Origin: Planctomycetota bacterium
GTDB lineage: Bacteria; Planctomycetota; JAJSAM01; JAJVHW01
NCBI GenBank assembly: GCA_965248445.1
Contig: CBDFJG010000001.1
Coordinates: forward strand, 576,001 to 640,000
Direction of reading: 5' to 3'
DNA length: 64,000 bases
In this document: positions 38,904 through 48,683 of the stretch, piece by piece
Layout: the number at the start of each line of letters is the position of its first letter
Position numbering within the stretch: the stretch's first letter is position 1
The notes under the pieces: generated by a model
Databases searched by the model: none
Told to the model about the DNA's origin: nothing
Seen by the model: the letters and a program-made list of their open reading frames with translations, nothing else
Translations under genes and position numbers: made by a program

Positions 38904-40735
38904 TCGTCGTCCTCTTCTTCGGTGGCGGGCGGCACTTCGCTCGCGAGCGGGATCCACTCGACGTACCCGATCATCATCTCCTCCGAAGTCTGCTCCCCGA
39001 AGCGCACTCTGCGCGTGGGGTCGGGATTGGCCGGGTTGTCGGCGCTGTTGTCGAACCACGCAACGCAGTCGATCCGCGCTCCGGCAGGCACGTCGATGGG
39101 ATCGCGGAGGCGGTAGTTCAGCTGCCAGTTGAAGTCGTACCGCGGCACGTCGAGGAGCCGCGTGCGCTCCCCGTCCGGCAGCACCAGTTCGTAACGGAAG
39201 CCGGCACCGCGGAGGTGCATGTGCGGCGTGAGAGACAGCAGACGCGCCGGCTGGCGGAACGAGTGGTCCGCGCGAACTGCGTGGCGCTTCGCACCGGGGG
39301 GGATGCGGAAGCGAGTATTGTGGATGCCCGTCGAACGCACCTCGTGGTCCGGGGGGCCGTCCGTGAACACGAGACCGAGCCGCGGTCGGTCCTGCACCGC
39401 CTCGCCGTTCGGCGTGTAGTGGATCTGGAAGCGCAGGCGCGCGCCCTTCGGCAAGAAGCGCCCGGACGCGCGCGGGAACACCAGGTGGTTCTGTCCGGGG
39501 ACCATCGCTGCGAAGTACCCGGAGACACCATTCTGGTCGCGCGGCTGCTCCATCATCCGCGGGTGTGACGCCGGATAGTGGCAGAACACGAGGATGTGGT
39601 GCACGACCTGGGGGTGCGTCGGCTGCACCTCGAACGCGCGCACCCACTTGTCCTCGTCGAACGACGTGGTCAGCGTCTGATACTGGTACTGCATGATGCC
39701 GTCGGCCGGCACGTCGGTCGTCTTGGGCACGTCGATCACGACGTCCGGCCGGCCGATGTTCCAGCCGGTCGCCCGCGCGATCGGTAGGGGCGCGTCCGAC
39801 GTCTCGCCCTCTGGGCAGTCGCCCGCGATCCACTCGAGAAGCGTCGCGCGCTCCCGCTCGGTGAGACTCAGGTCGTTGCCCATCGGCACGGAGTGGGCCG
39901 CGTCGGCAAACCACGGCGGCATGACCCGACGCTCGACGACATCGGCGATCATCGCGCGATGCCCGCGCACCTCCTTGTACGACGTCAGCGAGAAGGGCGC
40001 GCTTTGCTGCGGCCGATGGCACGAGACGCACCGACGATCGACGATGCGCGCCACGCTGCCGTGGTACGTCGGCAGTTCCTCCGCCGCAAGCGCATCGCCG
40101 GCTGCGACTGCGCACCCCGGAGCGGTCGTGGCGGCGACGTCCGGCGCGGCGTTCGCCGCCACCGACGCCAGCGCGTCACGCAGGTAGTGGTGCCGCGCCG
40201 CCGCGAGCGCGTAGCCGAACCCGTAGCGATCGTCGATCGCACCGCGGTAGACCAGTGTGCGCGCGCCGTCGAGGACGAACGCCTCGGTCGTCGTCCCGAC
40301 GCGCAGCGCCCGGGCCAGCTCACCGCCTGGATCGTGGATCCAGCGGCCGGAGACACCGGTCTTCTCCCGGCTCGTGCGCACCATCTCGACCGTGTCGGCC
40401 TCACCGACGCCGAGCACGATGCAGACGATCCCGTCTTTCTCGAACTGCGCCGAGAGTGACTTCTGCGTCGGGCCGTACCGCTTGGACAGCGGGCACGTGG
40501 TCGAACGGGCGAGCACCACGACCGTCTTGCCCCTGTACTCCGACAGCCGTCCGACCTTGCCGTCGATGTCAGAGAACGCCGCGTCCGCAACGAGGACCCC
40601 GACGCCGGCTGCGGCCGCGTCGAGTGTGCGCGGCGCCTGGCGCACGGCGCTCTCGCCCTCCCCCGCGGTGATGCTCACGGGCCACGCGACGCACGCAATG
40701 CCGAGGAGGGTCAGCAGAGTGCGTATGACCGTCAC
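38900..40735 (-). CDS. Redoxin domain + c-type heme motif + copper type II monooxygenase-like domain protein
   Basis: TCP...LVYRGAIDD redoxin, CVSCH, MPPW, VVHHILV, HYTP, PHMHLRG, YDFNWQ and EEMM. GTG start overlaps the upstream stop. Confidence 0.82.
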   Translation of the reverse strand: MTVIRTLLTLLGIACVAWPVSITAGEGESAVRQAPRTLDAAAAGVGVLVADAAFSDIDGKVGRLSEYRGKTVVVLARSTTCPLSKRYGPTQKSLSAQFEKDGIVCIVLGVGEADTVEMVRTSREKTGVSGRWIHDPGGELARALRVGTTTEAFVLDGARTLVYRGAIDDRYGFGYALAAARHHYLRDALASVAANAAPDVAATTAPGCAVAAGDALAAEELPTYHGSVARIVDRRCVSCHRPQQSAPFSLTSYKEVRGHRAMIADVVERRVMPPWFADAAHSVPMGNDLSLTERERATLLEWIAGDCPEGETSDAPLPIARATGWNIGRPDVVIDVPKTTDVPADGIMQYQYQTLTTSFDEDKWVRAFEVQPTHPQVVHHILVFCHYPASHPRMMEQPRDQNGVSGYFAAMVPGQNHLVFPRASGRFLPKGARLRFQIHYTPNGEAVQDRPRLGLVFTDGPPDHEVRSTGIHNTRFRIPPGAKRHAVRADHSFRQPARLLSLTPHMHLRGAGFRYELVLPDGERTRLLDVPRYDFNWQLNYRLRDPIDVPAGARIDCVAWFDNSADNPANPDPTRRVRFGEQTSEEMMIGYVEWIPLASEVPPATEEEDDE

Positions 40736-41154
40736 GCGTCTCCCTCGCCGGAATCCCCCGCCGCGTGCAGACGCCACCGCATCCCGGCGAACGTCAGGAG
40801 CAGCGCGGGTGCAATGGTCAACAGCTGCGCCAACCGCCCGATCTCGAAGACGAGTTGCGCGCCGGTGACCCAGAGGAGCGAGTAGAGCGCCGCACCTACG
40901 CCGAGCCAGAGCGCGCGCCCCGTCCACGGACGTCCGTTCCACATGCCCGCCGCGGCGAGGCCCGGGAAGAGGACGTACGCGATGAAATCCGGAGGTACGA
41001 AGCTCCAGGCGAAGTGTGGCTCGACGCCCGCCGGCAGGTACTGCTCCGCCACGAGTTCAGGACGCAGAAGCGTGACGACGATGCCCGCTGTGCCCGCGAG
41101 CGACAGCGCGATCAGCGCAGCGGTCCACCAGCGTCTCTCCCCCCGTGCGAGCAT
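40732..41154 (-). CDS. Membrane protein
   Basis: About four hydrophobic helices, coupled to the downstream gene. Confidence 0.65.
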   Translation of the reverse strand: MLARGERRWWTAALIALSLAGTAGIVVTLLRPELVAEQYLPAGVEPHFAWSFVPPDFIAYVLFPGLAAAGMWNGRPWTGRALWLGVGAALYSLLWVTGAQLVFEIGRLAQLLTIAPALLLTFAGMRWRLHAAGDSGEGDA

Positions 41155-41190
41155 CTGACCCTTCTAACAAAATTGGGCTACCAGTCCCGG

Positions 41191-41757
41191 TCACCAGTGA
41201 TGGCCGAACCCGAAGCCGTAGCCGTGGTGGCCGCCGTAGTGGCCGAACCCGAAGGACCAGTGGCCGTAGTGCGGGTACGCGTCATGGTAGGCGTATCGCA
41301 CCCGCTCGAAGTTGACGTGTCCGTCCGCGGTCTTGTTCCCGACGAGGGCCCTCCAGCGGACGGCCAGGCCGTCGAGGTCGACGTCGACGTCCTCGGGGAG
41401 CCCGAAGTACGCCGTGAACTGCCGCGACGTACCAGCCGGGACCGTCGTGTCACCGTCCGGGCCGAAGCCCACCAGCGGTAGGTCGATCAGGTCGGCCGAC
41501 ACGGCGTTCAGGTGCTCCTTCTGGAGCGTGACGTCCCGGTCGGGTGGCGCTTCGATGCGGAGCCGGACGTCCACCGACTCGGGCAGTCCGTCGGCGGCCG
41601 AGGCGCGGCGCACACCTTCGACGGCGGCGAGCACGCGGGCCTTGCTCTCGGTGACAGCGACGGCGGGAGCCGGCGAGTACTGAAAGCCGGGACGGTAGGT
41701 GGAGCAGGCGGAGAGCAGCAGCAGGGCCGCCGCGGGAATGAGGATGCGATGGGTCAT
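41191..41757 (-). CDS. Lipoprotein with a His/Gly/aromatic-rich C-terminal tail
   Basis: Lipobox LSAC. Tail HYGHWSFGFGHYGGHHGYGFGFGHHW. Confidence 0.75.
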   Translation of the reverse strand: MTHRILIPAAALLLLSACSTYRPGFQYSPAPAVAVTESKARVLAAVEGVRRASAADGLPESVDVRLRIEAPPDRDVTLQKEHLNAVSADLIDLPLVGFGPDGDTTVPAGTSRQFTAYFGLPEDVDVDLDGLAVRWRALVGNKTADGHVNFERVRYAYHDAYPHYGHWSFGFGHYGGHHGYGFGFGHHW

Positions 41758-41839
41758 GGTGTCTCTCCGTGAGGAGGGTGTCCGGGGGACCCGCCGCTAA
41801 GAGGGTACCCTCCCGCTTCGAACCGACAGGAGAACGTCC

Positions 41840-42406
41840 ATGGCCAAGCTCTACTTCCGGTACGGCGCCGTCAGCAGCGCGAAGACCCTGAACCTCCTCG
41901 CGGTCGCACACAACTACGAACGGCAGGGCAAGCGCGTGCGCGTCCTGAAGCCCCGCCGCGACACGCGTGACGGCGACCGCACTGTCGCCAGCCGCGCAGG
42001 TCTCGGGCGGGACGCGGACGCGCTCCTGGACGACGACGCACCGCTCGACCCCGCCGACTTCTCGGGGCACGACTGTGTCCTGCTCGACGAGGCGCAGTTC
42101 CTCTCCCCGGACCTCGTGGACCAGCTCCGCGACCTGACCCGCGACCCCGGCGTACCGGTCATCTGCTACGGCCTGAGGACCGACTTCCGCACACGCCTGT
42201 TCCCGGGCAGCCGCCGCCTGCTCGAGGTTGCCGACAGCATCGAGGAGATCAAGACCACCTGCGCCGGCTGCAACAGCAAGGCCGTCTTCAACCTGAAGAC
42301 CGAAGAGGGTCGGGCCGTACGCGAAGGCGACCCCGTCGAACTCGGGGACCACGACCTCTATCGCGGGGTGTGCTACGAGCACTACGTGGCGGCGTTCGCG
42401 GACTGA
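41840..42406 (+). CDS. tdk: Thymidine kinase
   Basis: KLYFRYGAVSSAKT, DEAQF, YGLRTDFR, Zn ligands CAGC...CYEH. Confidence 0.93.
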   Translation: MAKLYFRYGAVSSAKTLNLLAVAHNYERQGKRVRVLKPRRDTRDGDRTVASRAGLGRDADALLDDDAPLDPADFSGHDCVLLDEAQFLSPDLVDQLRDLTRDPGVPVICYGLRTDFRTRLFPGSRRLLEVADSIEEIKTTCAGCNSKAVFNLKTEEGRAVREGDPVELGDHDLYRGVCYEHYVAAFAD

Positions 42407-42728
42407 GCCGGCGCCGCCGCCGCCGGGACGATCCGACGCAGCTTCCGCGTGCGCATGGCTCGCGCCGCCCTGCAGCCGGCGAAGCACGTGGAGCGCGCAA
42501 TCGAAGTCGGTGTCGCGTATTGCGGCACCGCGTACGCGACCACCGCGCTCGTGCGCTACCGGGTCCGGCGCAAGATCGGCACGGCAAAGCTGACCGGCTC
42601 GGAGTAGCACGGGGCCCTCGCGCGCGAGGCTGCCGCGAAAGCCCGCTTGTCGTGGCACCACCAGTGAGTGTTACTCTCCGGCGCGGCGAAGCCGCGATGG
42701 CAGCGCCAATCTCAACTGGAGGTGAGAG

Positions 42729-43883
42729 ATGACGTGGAAGGTCGCTGCAGTTGCAGCTCTGACGATGCTCGCGATCGCGCCTGGAGTGGTGACTGAGTCC
42801 GCGGACGCGGCTCCCGGGATCTCCACCGAGGCTGGGTTCCAGGCGGCGCTCGACGCTGGTGCCACGCGCATCCGGCTCGCGCCCCGGTCGACGATCAGCA
42901 TCAAGACCGGACTCACCCACTCCGGTACGAACCGAGTCACCATCTCCGGTCGCAACGCGACGCTCGACGCCCGTTTCGTGCCGGGCGACGCGATGGTGTT
43001 CTCCGGAGGCGGGAACATCACGATCAGCCACATGTCGCTGATCAACGCGCCGAATCGCGGGATCGTCATCGACGTGCCGGCGGGCGCGACCGGGAACGTG
43101 ACGGTGAAGATGCGCAAAGTCACAGTCCAGCGCTGTGACGGCATCGGCGTGCATCTGGACGACTCCGACGCGTCGGCCGCAGGCGTCTACCTTCAGATGC
43201 GTCAGTGCAAGATGCTGAACAACGGGGTCCGCACGAGCTCGGGCGGCACCGCAGATCAGGATGCGGTGCGCGTGGACGAGGCCGGTACCGGTGACCTCCG
43301 CGCACACTTCGACCGCGTGTTCTGCGAGGGCAACAAGCACGACGCCATTCAGGTCTCTGAGTCCGGCGACGGCAACCTGCGCGCGTTCGTGTACAGGACC
43401 ATCTTCTTGCGGAACGGGAACATCACCGACCGCGGGGACGGCATCAACATCGACGAGTCGGGCGACGGATTCCTGTTCACCCAGCTGCGTGGCATCACGG
43501 CGACTCAGAACATCGGCGCCGGCGTCGATTGCAGCGAGTCGGGCAACGGGGACGCGATCGTGCGCTTGACGCACGCGACCGTGCGCGCCTGCCGCGGCGA
43601 CCGGGTCACGGCCACCGAATCCGGTGACGGCGACCTGAGCGCCAACTTCCTGAGGCTGACGTCGCTGCAGAACCACATGAACGGTCTGGAGCTCACCGAG
43701 AGTGGCGCCGGGGACTTCCTCCTCCACTATCGGGGCAGCGTCTGCAGCAAGAACAAGGGCGACGGCACCACGCTCGCGCAGAGCGGCGGCGGGACCGGCC
43801 TGGCCGAGCTCGGGCACGTGAGGCTCAAGCTCAACCGAGGCGAGAACCTCCGGGCCACCGGGGTCACGGTCAACCAGCGCTAG
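42729..43883 (+). CDS. Secreted beta-helix repeat protein
   Basis: Signal peptide and repeated DGIxxxESGxGD units. Confidence 0.75.
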   Translation: MTWKVAAVAALTMLAIAPGVVTESADAAPGISTEAGFQAALDAGATRIRLAPRSTISIKTGLTHSGTNRVTISGRNATLDARFVPGDAMVFSGGGNITISHMSLINAPNRGIVIDVPAGATGNVTVKMRKVTVQRCDGIGVHLDDSDASAAGVYLQMRQCKMLNNGVRTSSGGTADQDAVRVDEAGTGDLRAHFDRVFCEGNKHDAIQVSESGDGNLRAFVYRTIFLRNGNITDRGDGINIDESGDGFLFTQLRGITATQNIGAGVDCSESGNGDAIVRLTHATVRACRGDRVTATESGDGDLSANFLRLTSLQNHMNGLELTESGAGDFLLHYRGSVCSKNKGDGTTLAQSGGGTGLAELGHVRLKLNRGENLRATGVTVNQR

Positions 43884-44127
43884 CCCTCACGGGTCTTCGA
43901 AGAGGCGCCGCCGGGCTCCCCCGGTGGCGCCTCTTCGCGTCCCCGAGCCTAGAATCCGCTCAAAAGGAGCGCGGCCCACGGGCCGGTGGGCGGATACCGT
44001 GACGGCACCTCGACCTTTCGGGGTGCATCGTTCGTCCTGAGTGCAGGCGTCAAAGCGCCGCACATCCTGCTGGTGCCAGAGCGGTTCGATGTCTGAAGTT
44101 GCGCGCCGGTAGAAATGAGATGGATAG

Positions 44128-44436
44128 ATGGGTACGAAGATCTTCGTTGGCGGTCTCGCCTGGGCGACCACGGATGACTCGTTGCGCGACGCATTCGCGT
44201 CGTGCGGGACGATTTCCGAGTCCAAGGTGATCACCGATCGTGACACGGGCCGCAGCCGCGGCTTCGGGTTCGTGACGTTCACGGACGAGGACGGTTGCCG
44301 CAAGGCGATCGAGAGCATGGACGGACAGGACATCGACGGACGCGCAGTCCGCGTGAACGAGGCGGAAAACAAGCCGCGTCGTGACGGCGGCGGCGGCGGA
44401 CGTGGTGGCGGCGGCGGCGGCGGCGGTCGCTGGTAA
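44128..44436 (+). CDS. RRM RNA-binding protein with a Gly-rich tail
   Basis: RNP2 IFVGGL and RNP1 RGFGFVTF. Confidence 0.95.
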   Translation: MGTKIFVGGLAWATTDDSLRDAFASCGTISESKVITDRDTGRSRGFGFVTFTDEDGCRKAIESMDGQDIDGRAVRVNEAENKPRRDGGGGGRGGGGGGGGRW

Positions 44437-44482
44437 CCAGCAGCTGACCTCACCCCTCGTCAACTGACGACGGCAATCAAAC

Positions 44483-44525
44483 GGCCCCGGCGCGACGCAG
44501 TCGCGCCGGGGCCTGTAGCGTTTCT
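44483..44525 (+). terminator. Probable intrinsic terminator
   Basis: Perfect 14-bp stem GGCCCCGGCGCGAC-GCA-GTCGCGCCGGGGCC with a weak T tail, between convergent genes. Confidence 0.7.
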
Positions 44526-44629
44526 GGGTCGCCGTCTGTTCCACGGCGAGCCGGTGGTATCTGGGGTCTTGATCGCCGCCTTCTTCGGTCGGCATCTGAC
44601 GATGGCGAGCCGCGTCCTGGCCGGCCGCA

Positions 44630-45793
44630 TCAGCCAGGCAACATGAGCGCACGCCATGCGTCGACGATCCCGATCAGCATGCCGAGCCGCGCGCCCGCGC
44701 GCCCAGGAGGGACGTCGATCACCGGTGCGGCGACCGTCTTCGCCGCGTAGCTCTCGAGCGTCCCGTTCTTCGCGTTCGTGAACACTCGCGCTGCGTCCCG
44801 CAGGTCGAGGTACTCGTCGGGCAGCAGACCGCCCGCGTCCTGGAACAGGCGCAGACCGTGGTGTCCCCACGAAGTGACCACGTCGGACGGATGCGTGAAC
44901 GCGGCGAACGCGGCGAGCAACCCCTCCAGCGTCCCGCCGGCGACGAGGCGTTCCGCCGGGAGCCCGGTGTGCCGCGGCGTGTCGGGCGAGAGCGGGTTGC
45001 GCGGCGCCAAGACGAACTCGAGCGTCTGCCCGGTGCTCGGGCGGTGCGCGACCCAGTACACGAGCTCCTGGCCGTACTCGCGCTCGCGAGTGCCGTGCGG
45101 CCAGGCGTTCGCATCCCCGAAGACGAGCACAAGGTCGTCGTAGCGGTCCCGGATCTGCACCGGCAGACGCTCGACGGGCGAGACTCTCTTCCGCGGGCGC
45201 CACTCACGAGGACGCGGTGCCCCCCGCTGCGCCTCGAGCTGCGCCTCGACCATCGCGTTCATCGGATGCATCAGAGCCCGGAACCGTTCGGCGTCGCGCT
45301 CGAGTGCCCCCAGCACGTGCATGAGCGCCTCGAGCGTCGAGACGTACTCGACCTTCGGCTCCTTGCGGATCCGATAGTTCGACGGCGCCGGCGCGTTGAA
45401 CGCGTACCGCGGCAATGCTGCCAGACGCGGGTTCTCGCGCACGAGCGTGCGGGCCTGCGACCAGGTCCCGTCCAGCACGATCAGCGTCACGGGCCCCGGC
45501 GGCGGGTCCAGCAAGATGTCACGCGCTTGCGCTCCGGGGTGGAGGACGATCGCGGGGCGCTCCGGATCCGCGCAGGCGTCACGGAGCACGGCGCTCTCGT
45601 CCCACTCGATCCCGACATGCAAGCTGGACTGCGGCAGGCACAGGTGCGCCATCCGCGCCGTCCCGATGGGCATCCCCTTCTCGCGCGGATGCTGCAGGAT
45701 CACGATGCGCGTTCGCGTCTCGAGCGTGGTGAGCGCGCTGCAGTAGCACACGCTGACCGGTCGCTCGCAGTGCGAGCACATCGCACGCGGCAT
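44630..45793 (-). CDS. DTW-domain tRNA-uridine aminocarboxypropyltransferase with an extra C-terminal domain
   Basis: CSHC...CYC, ILQHPRE, GTA, LDGTW, YRIRKEP and STLEA. Confidence 0.85.
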   Translation of the reverse strand: MPRAMCSHCERPVSVCYCSALTTLETRTRIVILQHPREKGMPIGTARMAHLCLPQSSLHVGIEWDESAVLRDACADPERPAIVLHPGAQARDILLDPPPGPVTLIVLDGTWSQARTLVRENPRLAALPRYAFNAPAPSNYRIRKEPKVEYVSTLEALMHVLGALERDAERFRALMHPMNAMVEAQLEAQRGAPRPREWRPRKRVSPVERLPVQIRDRYDDLVLVFGDANAWPHGTREREYGQELVYWVAHRPSTGQTLEFVLAPRNPLSPDTPRHTGLPAERLVAGGTLEGLLAAFAAFTHPSDVVTSWGHHGLRLFQDAGGLLPDEYLDLRDAARVFTNAKNGTLESYAAKTVAAPVIDVPPGRAGARLGMLIGIVDAWRALMLPG

Positions 45794-46034
45794 CCTCACG
45801 TCGGATGCGAGGTTGGCGGGGTGGTCGGTGGGATCCACGGAACGAACTCCGCCCGGAAGCTCCAGCGGCGAGACGCACGGTAGCGACGCACCCCGACGCC
45901 TCACGGGCAGGAACGAGAACTCGGAAACATGCGACGATATCTCGTAATTCACGAGATCCCGGCAGGCCGAACGCGCGAGTCTTGACATCGCTAAGGCATT
46001 GTACAATAGAGCGTTACGACTCTCAGATCGGCAT

Positions 46035-46050
46035 TGGCACAGGCATTGCA
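46035..46050 (+). promoter_or_regulatory. Sigma54 (-24/-12) promoter
   Basis: TGGCAC-AGGCA-TTGCA matches TGGCAC-N5-TTGCW, about 54 bp upstream of ATG 46104. Confidence 0.75.
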
Positions 46051-46103
46051 ATAGTGAACTCCGACCGGCGGCCAGCGCCGCACACACCGAACCGGAGATC
46101 GAC

Positions 46104-46520
46104 ATGCCTCTGACACTGACGCTCACAGACGGGATCATCCCGCCCGCCCAGGTCCCCGAGGCCATCGCCCGGCTGAGTGGTGCGATGCTCGCGGCTCACG
46201 ATCTGACCGGCAACTCGGTCATGACGCCGAACATCACGGCCAACGTGCACATCGTATCGGCCGGCCAGAGCTACTCTGGCGGCCAGGTGTTCAAGGGTGC
46301 CTGGGTCGAGTGGAAGGTCCCCTCGTTCGCATTCGCGACGACCGCCATCCAGAAGAGCTACGGGCAGCAGGTGACCGACATCATCCGCGAGCTCTCCGGG
46401 GGCACGCAGCCCCGGGACAACATCTACTTCAATGTGGTGCACACGGTCGACGGGGCATGGAACCTCGACGGCGGCGCCATGAGCAACGACGAGATCATCC
46501 AGGCCCTCGCCAGAGGCTGA
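46104..46520 (+). CDS. Tautomerase-superfamily protein
   Basis: Starts M-P (Pro1). GGAG RBS. Size and pattern fit a beta-alpha-beta fold. Confidence 0.7.
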   Translation: MPLTLTLTDGIIPPAQVPEAIARLSGAMLAAHDLTGNSVMTPNITANVHIVSAGQSYSGGQVFKGAWVEWKVPSFAFATTAIQKSYGQQVTDIIRELSGGTQPRDNIYFNVVHTVDGAWNLDGGAMSNDEIIQALARG

Positions 46521-46533
46521 AGGGAACAGACTC

Positions 46534-47274
46534 ATGACACGTCACATCTTGGTTCACGGCGCCTGGGAAGGCGCTTGGTCGTGGGAGAACGTGGTGCCCT
46601 TGCTCGAGCAGAGGGGTCACGACGTCGCCACAGTCGACCTCCCGGGCAGCTCGAGCAGGGCGCGACCGGTCGCCGAGGTCACACGCGAGGCGTATGTCTC
46701 GGCCGTCGCCGACGTGCTGGCGCAGAGCGACGACAAGGTCGTGCTCTCCGGGCACAGCTTGGGCGGCACGGTGATCTCTCAGGTCGCCGAGCGCTTCCCC
46801 GAGCGCATCGAGAGGCTCGTGTACGTCACGGCGTTCTTGCTCCCCGACGGCGCCAGTGCGCTCGAGACCATGCAGAGCGACGCGGACGGGCAGCTGCTGC
46901 CGAAGCTCGTCTTCTCCGAGGACCAGTCCTACGCGACCGCTACCGACGACGTGTGGCGGGAGGTCGCGTTCCACGACGCGACAGCCGCCGCCATCGCCGC
47001 GGCGCTGCCCCGACTGTCCGACAGGCAGTCGACCGATCCGTTCACCGCGAACCTCGAACTCACCGCTGCGCGCTTCGGCACGGTGCCCAAGCACTACATC
47101 CGCACATCGATCGACCGCATCCTCACCCCGGCGCTCCAGGATCGCATGCTCGCGAACTGGCAGGTCGACGGTGTCACGACCCTCGAGGCCGGCCACTTCC
47201 CCGCGCTCTCGATGCCCAACGAGCTGGCGAGTGCCATGCTGGCGATCGCAGAGACAGCCGCAAGCGCCGCGTAG
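46534..47274 (+). CDS. Alpha/beta hydrolase (methylesterase-like)
   Basis: LVHGAW, DLPG, GHSLGG, catalytic D and GH. Confidence 0.9.
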   Translation: MTRHILVHGAWEGAWSWENVVPLLEQRGHDVATVDLPGSSSRARPVAEVTREAYVSAVADVLAQSDDKVVLSGHSLGGTVISQVAERFPERIERLVYVTAFLLPDGASALETMQSDADGQLLPKLVFSEDQSYATATDDVWREVAFHDATAAAIAAALPRLSDRQSTDPFTANLELTAARFGTVPKHYIRTSIDRILTPALQDRMLANWQVDGVTTLEAGHFPALSMPNELASAMLAIAETAASAA

Positions 47275-47305
47275 TCGCGCGGCCCCGGAACCTCAGGAGA
47301 CGAAC

Positions 47306-47578
47306 ATGAGCGAACGACGCGAGCATGAACTTGTCGGCTTCCGTTACGAGTCCGGGCACCTCGACCCGAAGACCCTGCACCTGGTGAGGATCGCAACGCA
47401 TCTCGCGGCCGGCAACGGCTACTGCGCCAAGTGGAGCATCGAACCCCTGCGCGCAGCGGGTGCCACGGAGGGTGAGATCAACGAGGCGATCGGCATGGCG
47501 ATCCGCGCAGGCGCATCGCTCGTGTGGCAAGAGGCCATCGACAACTTCCCGGACGACGTCACGCCGCCACGAAAGTAG
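47306..47578 (+). CDS. Carboxymuconolactone decarboxylase/AhpD-like small protein
   Basis: LDPKTLHLVRIA...YC...AGATEGEINEAI. RBS AGGAG. Confidence 0.7.
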   Translation: MSERREHELVGFRYESGHLDPKTLHLVRIATHLAAGNGYCAKWSIEPLRAAGATEGEINEAIGMAIRAGASLVWQEAIDNFPDDVTPPRK

Positions 47579-47685
47579 CCCGCCTGGCGGCGCTTCCGCG
47601 TGAACCGGAAGCGTCAGGTGCGGGTTCGTAGACTCTGTAGCAGATCCCCGCGTCGTGCGGGTCACACGGAGAGTCGAGGTCACCC

Positions 47686-48648
47686 ATGTCCCGTCACGAC
47701 GTCGAGGCCGACATCACGCTGGACGAACGCCGGCTCACTCCCGGCGGGACAGCCACCGTTCGGATCCGGACGACAGCGCACGAGCCGGTCAAGATCCGCG
47801 GCGCGCATGTCGAGTTCGTCGGATACGAGCAGACCCAGGCGACCTACGTGACGACTACGGGCAAGACCACCACGGTCCAGACCGCGACGGAACGCAACAC
47901 GGTCGTGGAGGAGCAACGAACGTTCCAGGGCCGCGCGCCCGCCGGGTTCTTCGGCAACCTCAAGGACGGCGCGCTCACGCTTCTGGGTGGTGGCGATCAC
48001 GAGGAGTTGCCGGAGGGTGACCACGACGTGGTGCTCGAGGTCGATCTCCCGGCGGGCATGCCCGAGAGCTTCGAGGGCAAGAAGGTGAAGGTCGCGTACG
48101 AGGCGTCGATCCACCTCGACATCCCGGGCGGACGCGACTTCCGGCACAAGGTCACGTTCGAAGCACCGCCGCTGCGGGACGACGACGAGGACGTCGACGA
48201 CGTCGCCGCGGAGCCGCTGATGATCCTGTATCCGGAGGACGCCTCACGCGGGTTCTTCGATTCGGTCTTCGGCCCCGAAGTCACGATGCGCGTCGAACTC
48301 TCGTCGACGGTCGTGCGCCGCGGCGGGGTGCTAACGGGCACGATCGAGGTCGGCTTCCCGGACCGCGCACCCAGAGTCAGGGCTCTCGCGTGCGCACTGC
48401 TGCGACGCGAGAGCAGCAAGGCGCACGGGCACACAGACGGGCACACGGAGAAGATCGTCACGGAGCGGTTCCCTCAGGGTGAGGGAGGGACCGACAGCCT
48501 GTTCATCCAGTTCGACGTGCGGCTCCCGGACGAGATGATCCCCACGTGCAGCGGTGCCAAGTTCACGATCGTCCACGAGCTGGCTATTTCGCTCGACGTG
48601 CCGTGGGCCAAAGACCCGACCATCCGCATCCCCATCACGGTCGTCTGA
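47686..48648 (+). CDS. Arrestin/Spo0M-like two-domain protein
   Basis: Two internally similar beta-rich halves (LPAGMPESFEG...VAYEASIHLDIPG and LPDEMIPTCSG...IVHELAISLDVPW). Confidence 0.65.
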   Translation: MSRHDVEADITLDERRLTPGGTATVRIRTTAHEPVKIRGAHVEFVGYEQTQATYVTTTGKTTTVQTATERNTVVEEQRTFQGRAPAGFFGNLKDGALTLLGGGDHEELPEGDHDVVLEVDLPAGMPESFEGKKVKVAYEASIHLDIPGGRDFRHKVTFEAPPLRDDDEDVDDVAAEPLMILYPEDASRGFFDSVFGPEVTMRVELSSTVVRRGGVLTGTIEVGFPDRAPRVRALACALLRRESSKAHGHTDGHTEKIVTERFPQGEGGTDSLFIQFDVRLPDEMIPTCSGAKFTIVHELAISLDVPWAKDPTIRIPITVV

Positions 48649-48683
48649 GCGCAAGCGACGTCGCGCAGGGGCGCGCTCGCCCC

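Noticed and set aside
45982..46007. TTGACA...TACAAT sigma70 promoter
   Set aside because: The spacer is only 14 bp, and the sigma54 motif fits better.
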